In this document: in pieces, positions 1 to 8,544 of the stretch
Layout of the letters: every line of letters starts with the position of its first letter
Position numbering within the stretch: the first letter of the stretch is position 1
IMG/VR virus record: IMGVR_UViG_3300033181_000072
Location: 4,279 to 68,278 of that record
Source: a virus
Direction: 5' to 3' (one strand)
Length of the DNA: 64,000 nucleotides
Notes under the pieces: generated by a model
What the model was told of the DNA's origin: nothing
Database searches by the model: none
What the model saw: the letters and a program-made list of their open reading frames with translations, nothing else
Position numbers and translations under genes: made by a program

Positions 1-618
1 AGCCAGACGACGGTGCGTCTGGACAACCGTCTGACTGTGTTCGACGTGTCGGCGTTGGAAGAATCGGTGCGCCCACTGGCTACCCACCTCATCAACGTCT
101 GTCTGTGGAGCCAGGCACGTGCCGATCCCCGGCCGCGTCTGCTGATCGTGGATGAAGCGTGGCACATGCTCCAGTATCCCGCAGGCGCCGCCTTCTTGGA
201 GCGGGTAGCCCGTGGTGCGCGCAAACACTGGCTGGGCCTCATCACGGCAACGCAGGACGTGCAGGATGTGTTGGGGAGTCAGGCCGGTCACGCCATCCTG
301 ACCAACTCCGCCACCAAGCTCTTGCTGAAACAGGACACGACGACCATCGCCCCGGTCGTGGCGGCGTTCAGTCTGTCGCGTCAAGAACGGCATGACTTGT
401 TGAGTGCGGGCACCGGTAATGGTCTCCTGTACTGCCGAGGGAGCCATATCCCGTTGCGGATCATCGCGTCTGCACAGGAGCACAGCATTGCCACGAGCCG
501 ACCAGCGGAACGCCAGGCGCTCGATACGGTACCGTCTCGTGTGGTGGTACGGACGGTCCCGACGTCTGCCGGGAGCCTCTACGGGCAGGAACGTGTGGCG
601 CTGGAGGATGCGGTATGA
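1..618 (+). CDS. virB4: VirB4/TraC-like conjugative ATPase, C-terminal part (5' partial)
   Basis: Walker B LLIVDEAWHML, RGARKHWLGLITATQDVQD and NSATKLLLKQ motifs; frame is open to base 1. Confidence 0.8.
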   Translation, partial: SQTTVRLDNRLTVFDVSALEESVRPLATHLINVCLWSQARADPRPRLLIVDEAWHMLQYPAGAAFLERVARGARKHWLGLITATQDVQDVLGSQAGHAILTNSATKLLLKQDTTTIAPVVAAFSLSRQERHDLLSAGTGNGLLYCRGSHIPLRIIASAQEHSIATSRPAERQALDTVPSRVVVRTVPTSAGSLYGQERVALEDAV

Positions 619-1055
619 ACGAGCACCTTACCGTCGATCAGGCAGTCGTTGCCATGGCGCGCTGGTTGCAGATTCGGCAACAGTGGACGCCCCATGCGGG
701 TGCGGTGAATAGTGCGACCGTGGATCATAGTGCCCTGCTTCGGCGGCTCCTATCGGGTAAGGAGCCGTTGCCGGCGCCGCCGCCACGGGCGTGTAGTTAT
801 CCCTGGTATGACCTCATGGATGAAGGACGTGCCGATCACGTCATGGCGGAATCGCTCAGTCTGGGCAGCATGATGATCAATCAGTATCTATGGCAGGTCA
901 TCGAGCGACAGACGGAAGACGAGTACATCGTCATCTGCGAGGCGGTGTCCGGTCCCTACCGACTGTGGCGCGATCCACCACCGGCGTGGTCCGAGAGTGC
1001 CCGCAAAAATCGACACGTTGGCTGGAAGATCGCACGTATGGAGCAGCCGTCATGA
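615..1055 (+). CDS. Hypothetical protein (146 aa)
   Basis: ATGA overlap with virB4 stop; coupled to next gene. Confidence 0.5.
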   Translation: MNEHLTVDQAVVAMARWLQIRQQWTPHAGAVNSATVDHSALLRRLLSGKEPLPAPPPRACSYPWYDLMDEGRADHVMAESLSLGSMMINQYLWQVIERQTEDEYIVICEAVSGPYRLWRDPPPAWSESARKNRHVGWKIARMEQPS

Positions 1056-1486
1056 TTGATCCCGACACCCGTCACGCCGTCCTCGAACGGCTGCGTGCTG
1101 CCCGCGCCGCCCTCGCCGATCCAACCCAGTGGCGACGCACCGACTTCTTCCTTGCCGCCGATGGGACGCCCGTGACCCCCATCGCTCCCCATACGGAAAG
1201 CTGGTGCGTCAAGTCGGCTACGATCCTCACTGCCACCGCGTCTACCGATGGCACCAGCATTGACGATGCGACGACCGTCTACGTCCTCCTCCGCGACCTC
1301 TTCCATGACGCCGCAACGACCTGGATGGAAGAGCATCCTGTGCTCGCACACATGACTCACTCCGGCCACTGGGCTGCACGGGACTGCTACGACACCGTCA
1401 TCTCCCAGCTCGCTCAAGATGACCTCGACCTCAATAAAGCGGAGCCGTCCTCACGGACTCGCGGCCGAGAGGAGCAGAGGAAATGA
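1052..1486 (+). CDS. Hypothetical protein (MIDPDTRH..., 144 aa)
   Basis: ATG at 1052 overlaps previous stop (ATGA); the ORF-track start at 890 is unlikely. Confidence 0.5.
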   Translation: MIDPDTRHAVLERLRAARAALADPTQWRRTDFFLAADGTPVTPIAPHTESWCVKSATILTATASTDGTSIDDATTVYVLLRDLFHDAATTWMEEHPVLAHMTHSGHWAARDCYDTVISQLAQDDLDLNKAEPSSRTRGREEQRK

Positions 1487-1779
1487 ACACCTACGAACAT
1501 CTCCACATGCAGGAGATCCAGCAATGTGCGGCAGAACTGCGCACACGACTCGCCAGCCCCGGCCAGCGTAACTGGCTGGAATGGGGCCAGATGGGACTAG
1601 AACTCGCAGACATGGAGGACGATATCAACGACTACGAGCGATGGTTAGAACAGCAGTCGCTCCGGATGCTCTCCGGAGCAGGCCCATGCCCGCCTTTTGA
1701 CCTTGAAGCACACCGGGAGGAACGCCGCTTCATGCGACGGGCACAGCAACAAGGGGATGATTATGAGGGGGCGATGTGA
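1483..1779 (+). CDS. Hypothetical protein (98 aa)
   Basis: ATGA overlap, GAGG SD upstream. Confidence 0.5.
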   Translation: MNTYEHLHMQEIQQCAAELRTRLASPGQRNWLEWGQMGLELADMEDDINDYERWLEQQSLRMLSGAGPCPPFDLEAHREERRFMRRAQQQGDDYEGAM

Positions 1780-1786
1780 TACGGGA

Positions 1787-1849
1787 GGAGCAAGGCAGTA
1801 TGACAGGTGCTGTGCGGTGCTCTCAGGTGCTCCGATACTGCCTTGCTCC
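1787..1849. promoter_or_regulatory. Candidate oriT
   Basis: Perfect 15-bp inverted repeat GGAGCAAGGCAGTAT (1787-1801)/(1835-1849) enclosing GGTGCT x3 at 10-bp period, directly upstream of mobC. Confidence 0.55.
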
Positions 1850-1878
1850 CGATACGCTTCCCACGTTGGAGGGACACC

Positions 1879-2244
1879 TTGAGAGAGACGAAGGAGGTCC
1901 GCACGCATACCTTCTCACTGCGCTTGAGTGATGCTGAGTATGCCGTGTTGTCGATGCGGGCGCGGGCAGCGGGGCACGACCTGGCGGCCTACATCCGCAC
2001 GGTGGCACTGCGGAATGAGGCGCCCAAGGAGCGGAAAATCCCGGCGATCAACTACCAGACGTGGGGGAGGCTGGGGAAGCTGACGCAGGTATTGGAGTCG
2101 TTGCAAGAGTACCTGGCGCGTGGAGGTGTGCTGGACGCAGAGCAGCAGGGAGAGTTGGTCGGTGTCCTGGGAGCATTGCAAGAGGACCAGGGGCATCTGC
2201 GGGTCTTGCTGCTGGGAGGGACGGCGGAAGATATTGCCGGATGA
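1879..2244 (+). CDS. mobC: MobC-like relaxosome accessory protein (ribbon-helix-helix)
   Basis: TFSLRLSDAEYAVLSMRARAAGHDLAAYIR RHH pattern; TTG start after GGAGGGA; precedes relaxase. Confidence 0.8.
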   Translation: MRETKEVRTHTFSLRLSDAEYAVLSMRARAAGHDLAAYIRTVALRNEAPKERKIPAINYQTWGRLGKLTQVLESLQEYLARGGVLDAEQQGELVGVLGALQEDQGHLRVLLLGGTAEDIAG

Positions 2245-2795
2245 TCCAGAAGGCACGGACAGGCAACGGCTTTGGCGGGGTGTTGCGGTACGTATTGGAT
2301 ACGAGTACGGAGCTGGGGCACGATGGTGCGCGGATCGTCGGCAGCAACATGGGGGGCAAGACGGCGCGGGAACTCGGTGTCGAGTTCCGGGGGTTCACGG
2401 AGTTGAACCGCAAGATCTCCGAGCCGGTTTACCATTGCTCCCTGCGTCTGGCACCTGAGGAGCGATTGGAGGATCGGCAGTGGAAGCAGGTCGCGCAGCG
2501 GTATCTCGCGGGGATGGGATTCGAGGACCAGCCGTACCTGGCGGTCATGCACGACAAGCCGGGTGGTCAGCATATCCACATCGTGGCATCGCGGGTGGGT
2601 GCAGATGGCCGTGCGGTCAATCTGTGGCAGGATCGTGTCCGGTCTCAGGGGGTTGTGCGCGAGTTAGAAAGAGAGCACGGTTTACGGCACGCGGTGGAGC
2701 ACTGGCGAGATGATGGCCAGCAACGCACGAGTGACCGCTGGGGGCGGGCGCATATGCAGCCCGGACGGGAACGGGAGAAGGAGTTAGTGAGATGA
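2241..2795 (+). CDS. MOBP-family relaxase (184 aa, catalytic domain only)
   Basis: GNGFGGVLRYV (catalytic Tyr), YHCSLRLAPEE and HDKPGGQHIHIVASRV (3-His motif). Confidence 0.85.
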   Translation: MIQKARTGNGFGGVLRYVLDTSTELGHDGARIVGSNMGGKTARELGVEFRGFTELNRKISEPVYHCSLRLAPEERLEDRQWKQVAQRYLAGMGFEDQPYLAVMHDKPGGQHIHIVASRVGADGRAVNLWQDRVRSQGVVRELEREHGLRHAVEHWRDDGQQRTSDRWGRAHMQPGREREKELVR

Positions 2796-4405
2796 ATCCG
2801 CTGCGCTGGTTGATTGTATGTGGATTGCCGCTCACGTGGGCGACGTGCTGGTGGATCGCGGTTCCCCACGGCAACATTGTGGGGAGCTTGCCCGCGCGGG
2901 ACATCATGGGCTGGTACCTCATCGTCGGCATCATCCTGTTCATCAAGGCACCGGCTGGACCGGCTCGGCAGGATGCCACGCTGAAGGGTTCGGCGTCCTG
3001 GGCCACGAAGGGCGACCTGGCCGACGTACTGGTACCGGCGCGGGTGTTCGACCGGATCGGTGCTCTGGAGCCGGGCGCGTTCCTCGTCGGGGCGTGGGGC
3101 AAGGGCGCACTGGTGATCCCCCGTAGCCAGGCCACGGACCACGTGCTGCTCGTCGGGCCTCCAGGCACCGGCAAGACGCGCAGCCTGTTCATGCCCAACG
3201 CCGCACTCGGTCAGGGGTCCTTGGTCACGACCGACCCGAAGGGTGAGTTGTGGGAGTACACCAGCGGCTACCATCATCGCGCCGTACGTTATGCCCCGGG
3301 TGAACCCGACAACAGTGCGTGCTTGAACTGGATACCGCTGTGTGCCGATCCCAGGCGCTGTGACCTGCTCGCCGCCGCCGTCATGCAGGCGGGCCAGGGC
3401 GGCCGCCACGATGTGTTTTGGGAGCAGGCAGAGACACAGGTCGTGTCGGCGCTGTTTGCGTACACCGCGACGCTGAGTGTGCCGACACCGGCCACCGCGT
3501 ACAACCTGCTGGTGGAGGGCGCACCGGCGCTCATGAAGCGCTTCGAGGGCAGTGCCCTGCCGGGCCCGCGGATGGTCGCCAACAACTACACTGGCGATGC
3601 CCGGACGCTCGGCAATATCATGTCGGGGGTCGCCAATAAGCTGGGATGGCTGAAAGACGAGGGCGTGCGCCGTTTCACGTCGTCGAGTCTGGAACCGCCC
3701 GATTTCTCCCGGTTGAAGCACGAGTCCATTGCCGTGTACTGGGTGTTGCACGAGCAGGACACGGCGCGATTGCAGCCGCTCTCCAGCCTGTTCTTTACAC
3801 TGTTGCTGGATGAACTGACGACACAGGCGGGGCCCGTGCCGGTGACGTTGTTGCTCGACGAGTTGGCGAATCTGGGAGTGTTGCCGCATTTCCCCACCAC
3901 CATGACGATTGCCCGTGGCCGCGGTCTCAGTCTCGTGCTCGGATTGCAGTCGCTCAGTCAGTTGGAAGAGCGGTATGGGCACGCGGGTGCGCTCACCATC
4001 CAGAACTCATGTGCCACGAAGCTCTTCCTGCACGGCCTCGACTTTCAGTCAGCGCGGCAGGCATCTGACCTCCTGGGAGATGCCACCATCGCGTACCAGC
4101 GCACGAGCCGGAACGCCCACGGCACGACCACGAGTGATGATCAGGTCTCCCGGCGCCTCATGACACCTGATGAAGTGCGACGTCTGCCGGAGCACCAGCT
4201 GCTAATGGTGTGCAGTAACCGCCGTCCGGCCGCCGTGGTCAAACGTCCTTGGACCGTTGCGCCGTGCCCTGCTCCGGTGCGAGAGGCGTTGGGGCAGCCC
4301 CTGGCGTGGGAGCCTGTCCCGCCTGTGCATCCTGATCGTCCCACGCCGCCCAAGGCGCCGCCTCGGTGGTCGGGTCGGGTGGAGGGAGCGTTGCCGCGAG
4401 GGTGA
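2792..4405 (+). CDS. virD4: Type IV coupling protein VirD4/TraG
   Basis: Two N-terminal TM segments, Walker A GPPGTGKT, TDPKGEL, Walker B LLLDELANLG, QSLSQLEERYG. Confidence 0.92.
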   Translation: MNPLRWLIVCGLPLTWATCWWIAVPHGNIVGSLPARDIMGWYLIVGIILFIKAPAGPARQDATLKGSASWATKGDLADVLVPARVFDRIGALEPGAFLVGAWGKGALVIPRSQATDHVLLVGPPGTGKTRSLFMPNAALGQGSLVTTDPKGELWEYTSGYHHRAVRYAPGEPDNSACLNWIPLCADPRRCDLLAAAVMQAGQGGRHDVFWEQAETQVVSALFAYTATLSVPTPATAYNLLVEGAPALMKRFEGSALPGPRMVANNYTGDARTLGNIMSGVANKLGWLKDEGVRRFTSSSLEPPDFSRLKHESIAVYWVLHEQDTARLQPLSSLFFTLLLDELTTQAGPVPVTLLLDELANLGVLPHFPTTMTIARGRGLSLVLGLQSLSQLEERYGHAGALTIQNSCATKLFLHGLDFQSARQASDLLGDATIAYQRTSRNAHGTTTSDDQVSRRLMTPDEVRRLPEHQLLMVCSNRRPAAVVKRPWTVAPCPAPVREALGQPLAWEPVPPVHPDRPTPPKAPPRWSGRVEGALPRG

Positions 4406-4616
4406 CCAGCGAGCCAGTCCTACAGCCGCTCCACCATCGCCCGCACCACAGACGACAAAAGCGCCCCGGCCTGCCGCTATGGACAGATCGGAGCACGTGT
4501 GCTGTCCGGGGGGAGTGGGGGACTACGTTATCGGCGGCCTTCCGGGGGATGGCCTTGCGCTCGTCGAGGGTGAGCTAGTCGGCGCGAGCTTTGCCGCCCT
4601 TTATTCCCCCTTGCCA

Positions 4617-5132
4617 TCAAGAGATGAGCGGCAGGCCTCCGATATAGGGGTCAAGTCCCTGCGGGTAGAACTGGACGAGTCGGGGCAGATTCGCTTGCAC
4701 GCTCGGGTCGCTTTGTTTTGCACTATACCATTGGTCTACGGCGCTATTCATGTCGTGGCAAAACGTCTCCACATCCAGATTCAAGGCACCATAGATGATG
4801 TTATGGTGGGCGACATTATTATCCGCATTCGGCAGGGTGAATAGCACGCGGGCATATTGCATGTTCGGATGCCCCAACCGCCCTTGATGGAGGACACCGC
4901 AGCGCATGCTGTAGAGGTCTTGGCTGGTCAGGAAGTGATACTTGGGTAGGAACCATGCGTCGCACCATACCTTATACCGCTGACGAGTGGCTTCCCCGTT
5001 GGGCGATTCGAGGGCGGCGCAGATGTCTGGCAGGGCCAGCGCGACAACAATAGCGAGATAGTACAGCCCGGCGGAAATGGCGCGCTCGATTTGGTCAGTG
5101 AGTGCGCCCAGCGGGCTACCGTTAGCGCTCAT
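4617..5132 (-). CDS. HEPN-like protein (RxxxxH motif)
   Basis: All-helical pattern LALPDICAALE...YKVWCD...LYSMRCGVLHQG with the R-x4-H signature. Confidence 0.5.
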   Translation of the reverse strand: MSANGSPLGALTDQIERAISAGLYYLAIVVALALPDICAALESPNGEATRQRYKVWCDAWFLPKYHFLTSQDLYSMRCGVLHQGRLGHPNMQYARVLFTLPNADNNVAHHNIIYGALNLDVETFCHDMNSAVDQWYSAKQSDPSVQANLPRLVQFYPQGLDPYIGGLPLIS

Positions 5133-5364
5133 CGTCGATGCCACTTTCCGTCATCGGGAGGCGAAAGCCCGCAGCAGTCCGGCCAGATTCAGGGCCAAGC
5201 CGCAGATAATCAACCAAGCCCCACAGGTCAACAAGCGTGTCATTGTTGCCGCCCTCGTTCCGGGCGCGGATACTCAGTCGCCCATGCGTTTCGGCGCTGC
5301 GAACAAGCTCTACCGGATACCCCTCGCCGTGTTCTACCACGCTGATGAGCGTATACATGTCCAT
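5122..5364 (-). CDS. Hypothetical protein (80 aa)
   Basis: ORF overlapping HEPN-like gene start; no recognised motif. Confidence 0.35.
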   Translation of the reverse strand: MDMYTLISVVEHGEGYPVELVRSAETHGRLSIRARNEGGNNDTLVDLWGLVDYLRLGPESGRTAAGFRLPMTESGIDDER

Positions 5365-5687
5365 CGCATTCCCTTTAACTCAGCACGCCGCGACACTCGG
5401 CCAGTATAGCCCACGCGAGCGGGGGCGTACCGGTGCTCAAAACTGCGGGGTTGTGTTTCGCGTGACACAGCGAACAGCGCGTGCGTGGTGGTGCGAGCGG
5501 CAGGGCGGTGCCGGAAGAGCACTGGTGGAGACGTGCGATGACGTGCAGGCGAGTTCGTGGCACTTGCCCTAGATGCTGGCCTACTCCCGCAGGTTGAGCA
5601 CCGGCCACGGAAGACGCGCTGCTCCAGTAATTGCAGCGGTGTGGCATCATTGCTACGCTGATGCTGCCGAGACAGAAAGGTTCTGCC

Positions 5688-6365
5688 ATGTTTGGAATCC
5701 GTTGGCGCACGGGCCGCCAGTACGCGACCACGATAGCTCTGGTGTTGCTCACGGGATGCGGTACGGCGAGTTCGCCAGCAACCGCGCCGGGCTCCGCGAG
5801 TGTACCTGCAAATGTGTCCGCTCCCACCGTCGCCTCAGCACCGATACTCCCATCCACGATCGGGACGGCGAGCGCCATCTCCACGTCCGTCGCGGCGACA
5901 CCGGCAGCAGGAGCGACGGTAGCAACCGCTGGCGCGCGACCTGTCGCTTCGGCTGCGGCAAAAGGCGGCAGTATCGAGCAGAAGTTGACCTTCACCGGAG
6001 ATCTCAACGGCTCGTTTACCACGACTCCCCCACCTGAGCTCTGTGGCAAAAAGGATCAGACCATCGCGGGCACGGTCCACCATACCTTTGGCGCCGGGCT
6101 GATCAAAGGGAAGATCAACGACGATACCTACGGATTTTCATTGACCCTGCCTGACTATCACGGCCCGGACACCTACAAGGACGCCGCCGTGGTGACACTC
6201 ACAAATCTTGCGACCCAGGATGTGCTGCTCAACCTGGTCAACAACGATACGGTTGTGGTCGTTGCCGCAAGTGAGACCTCAGGAACTGTCGAATCGGACG
6301 TCAAGTCAACTCCTCCGTCCAAACCCACGAAGGTGCATATCTCGGGTACCTGGCGTTGCAGTTAA
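5688..6365 (+). CDS. Lipoprotein with Pro/Ala/Thr/Ser-rich linker
   Basis: Signal peptide with lipobox LLTGC, low-complexity linker, beta-rich C-terminal domain; AGAAAGG SD. Confidence 0.7.
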   Translation: MFGIRWRTGRQYATTIALVLLTGCGTASSPATAPGSASVPANVSAPTVASAPILPSTIGTASAISTSVAATPAAGATVATAGARPVASAAAKGGSIEQKLTFTGDLNGSFTTTPPPELCGKKDQTIAGTVHHTFGAGLIKGKINDDTYGFSLTLPDYHGPDTYKDAAVVTLTNLATQDVLLNLVNNDTVVVVAASETSGTVESDVKSTPPSKPTKVHISGTWRCS

Positions 6366-6423
6366 CACGGTCGGAAGCACAGCAAGTCACCGTGATCTTT
6401 CCAAGCGTCTCCCCGCAATAGAA

Positions 6424-6458
6424 AAAGCCCCCAGATCCACAACAGATCTGGGGGCTTT
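6424..6458. terminator. Bidirectional rho-independent terminator
   Basis: 14-bp inverted repeat AAAGCCCCCAGATC/GATCTGGGGGCTTT between convergent genes. Confidence 0.8.
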
Positions 6459-6491
6459 CACTTCATAGGGTGGACCCTCGGTGAGTGTACG

Positions 6492-6818
6492 CTACCCTGG
6501 CGGTGAGTTGACCACAGGCGGTAGCAGGTGTTCGGGCTCCAGCGGTGCATGTGCCACAGGCGGGACGTCGTTGGTGACAGCTTCTGCAATGACGGCATTG
6601 CTCAACTGCTGGCCCGGGCTGTCCGTATGGTACCAGCGGCTCGCGAGCGGAACGATTGCACCAAGCGTGGCCATGAGCATTAACAATATTGGCGTCCAGG
6701 ACAGACCAGGGTAGTACTGCTGCACAATGGGCACGATGGCTTGGAGCACGCTATAAATCACCGTCAGCGAGACGGCAATGGCTGTGCCTTCGAGTTTCGC
6801 TTGTGTGCCGTGGGTCAT
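6492..6818 (-). CDS. Holin-like membrane protein
   Basis: 108 aa, two TM helices, last gene of late operon downstream of lysin. Confidence 0.55.
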   Translation of the reverse strand: MTHGTQAKLEGTAIAVSLTVIYSVLQAIVPIVQQYYPGLSWTPILLMLMATLGAIVPLASRWYHTDSPGQQLSNAVIAEAVTNDVPPVAHAPLEPEHLLPPVVNSPPG

Positions 6819-7018
6819 CGCGCCCTCGCCTTCTGCCTGCGCTTTTCGGGACGTGGTACGGCAAGCGTGATGGTAAATTTCTTCTTCGGTGTCACAGCGA
6901 GATCATGCGCCTCAGCGGGATGATCGCAGTAGATGCATCGACCGTTCCTGCCCTGTTCCCACGTAGTACATGGCCCTTTTGCGCCCATTGCTATGAGCTG
7001 GAGTACTGGACTGTTCAT
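6815..7018 (-). CDS. Small hypothetical protein (CxxC-H)
   Basis: 67 aa, coupled to holin-like gene. Confidence 0.4.
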   Translation of the reverse strand: MNSPVLQLIAMGAKGPCTTWEQGRNGRCIYCDHPAEAHDLAVTPKKKFTITLAVPRPEKRRQKARAR

Positions 7019-7056
7019 GTGTGGCCTCCTTTGTTCGTCTGATCACGCAATGATGG

Positions 7057-8544
7057 CTAGGCGACGCTCAGGATCACGCCAGCCTCGACTGCGTTTGTAT
7101 TTGCAATGGCATCGGCCACACTGCCACGCGTCACACATGCCGGTCCCTGGTATGGCGCGCCGTTCTCGGGCAGATAGCACAACGGGTCCATGATGAGCAG
7201 GTATGCGCCGTCCACCTTGCCGTGATACGTGAGTGGATCGATTCTGACCCAATGCTGAATCGGCGTCCCATCGGCGTGCTCCGTCCAGCCCGGCGCGTCG
7301 GGGTAGAGGCGTGGCCGCACGAGCTGGTTGCGGACGAGCGCCAACACAACTTCGCCTGCTTTCCACGCAGCTTCGGCGTCGCTCATGGGGGTCCACATTC
7401 GGCCCTTCAGCCCGAACGACGGCGCGGCGTCGATGATGTCCTGAGAATCGGTGCCGTACGTGAAGATGTTCCCCGGGCGGTTTGCTGCTAGCCGTACGTC
7501 GTTGATCTTCGCCGTCCATGCGCGCATCAATTGGTAGTTGTCATAGTCGCCGGGAACCAGGGTACATTGTCCGCTGGCTCCGACTCCGGCACCGCAGCGG
7601 TTTTCTCCGCTGCCCTGTGGGTCAATTTGTGTGCAATAGTCCGTTACGGTCATGAGTCGTGCCTTTCTCGTTGGTAGTGGTGGTGGTGTCCACAATGGTT
7701 GCACCGGAACTTGGGGGGGTTGTGCTGGAGGTGGGGAGATGGGGATGGTTTGCGCGCCCACACGTGCCCACGTGGCCCGGATCGCCGTCTCGACTGCCGT
7801 GCCGCGTGTGGTGTAGTCGCCCCACTGTCCGGGATTCTGGCCGTCAGTAAACCAGCACACGCCCATGCACGCAGTACCCTCCAGTGCCGTTAGGTAGTCG
7901 AGCAACTGATAGCCAGCATCGATGTCGCGCATCTTGGTGCGCCAGCCGCCGCGCTTCTGCCGGTCCTCGACACCGAGTGCGTCACTGCCAAACTCGCCGA
8001 TCAGGAATGGCATATCGGGTGGCAGGTAGCCACGCTTGATGGCCTCGATACATCGCAGCGCATACCACGGTGCCGAGCCGCCGACGGTGAGGTCGAAATA
8101 CTCGTGCAACTCAACGGCATCGGGACGATCACTGCCCCACGCCTGCCGCATCGCTTCCCACTCTGGCCAGTCAGGGACACCGACCGAGAAGCTCCCGAAC
8201 AGCACGATGCCCCGGTAGCCCGCTTGTCTGAGCACGGTCCGGTACGACTGGTATGCCGTGACGTTGGCAGCCGTGGCGCTCATTTCGTTCCGGAAGCCAA
8301 AATACTCCGGCCAGGGTGTGCGTGTGTTGTGGATCTCCGCAATCACGCGGTCTGCCCACGCGGTGCCGTCGTCACAGTTGCCATCGTCTGGGAGGTAGGG
8401 GCGATAGATCACCTTCGCCCCGAGTGCTTGCGCGGGGGCAATTAAGGATGCGTCGCACAATTTCACGAGTTGCGCCCCGGTCGCTGCCCAGGTCAGGTCA
8501 GAGGTACTGGCACCAGGTAAAAGGTGAAAGGCGGCTACTGGCAT
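7057..8544 (-). CDS. Putative endolysin: N-terminal glycoside-hydrolase-like TIM barrel + Pro linker + C39-like cysteine peptidase
   Basis: GFRNEM, DAVELHEY and FLIGEFG (clan GH-A-like acid/base and nucleophile pattern); C-terminal NRCG...QHWV...IMDP triad; start at MPVAAF (8544). Confidence 0.6.
   Translation of the reverse strand: MPVAAFHLLPGASTSDLTWAATGAQLVKLCDASLIAPAQALGAKVIYRPYLPDDGNCDDGTAWADRVIAEIHNTRTPWPEYFGFRNEMSATAANVTAYQSYRTVLRQAGYRGIVLFGSFSVGVPDWPEWEAMRQAWGSDRPDAVELHEYFDLTVGGSAPWYALRCIEAIKRGYLPPDMPFLIGEFGSDALGVEDRQKRGGWRTKMRDIDAGYQLLDYLTALEGTACMGVCWFTDGQNPGQWGDYTTRGTAVETAIRATWARVGAQTIPISPPPAQPPQVPVQPLWTPPPLPTRKARLMTVTDYCTQIDPQGSGENRCGAGVGASGQCTLVPGDYDNYQLMRAWTAKINDVRLAANRPGNIFTYGTDSQDIIDAAPSFGLKGRMWTPMSDAEAAWKAGEVVLALVRNQLVRPRLYPDAPGWTEHADGTPIQHWVRIDPLTYHGKVDGAYLLIMDPLCYLPENGAPYQGPACVTRGSVADAIANTNAVEAGVILSVA

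Larger units (their letters stand above)
1..4405 (+). mobile_element. Conjugative/mobilisable element transfer module (ICE or plasmid-like), left end outside window
   Basis: Co-oriented, translationally coupled VirB4-like, MobC, relaxase and VirD4 genes with an oriT-like inverted repeat. Confidence 0.8.

Noticed and set aside
5364-6490. att site or tRNA fragment at the prophage left end
   Set aside because: No tRNA-like cloverleaf or CCA end found, and the partner att is outside the window, so a direct repeat cannot be verified
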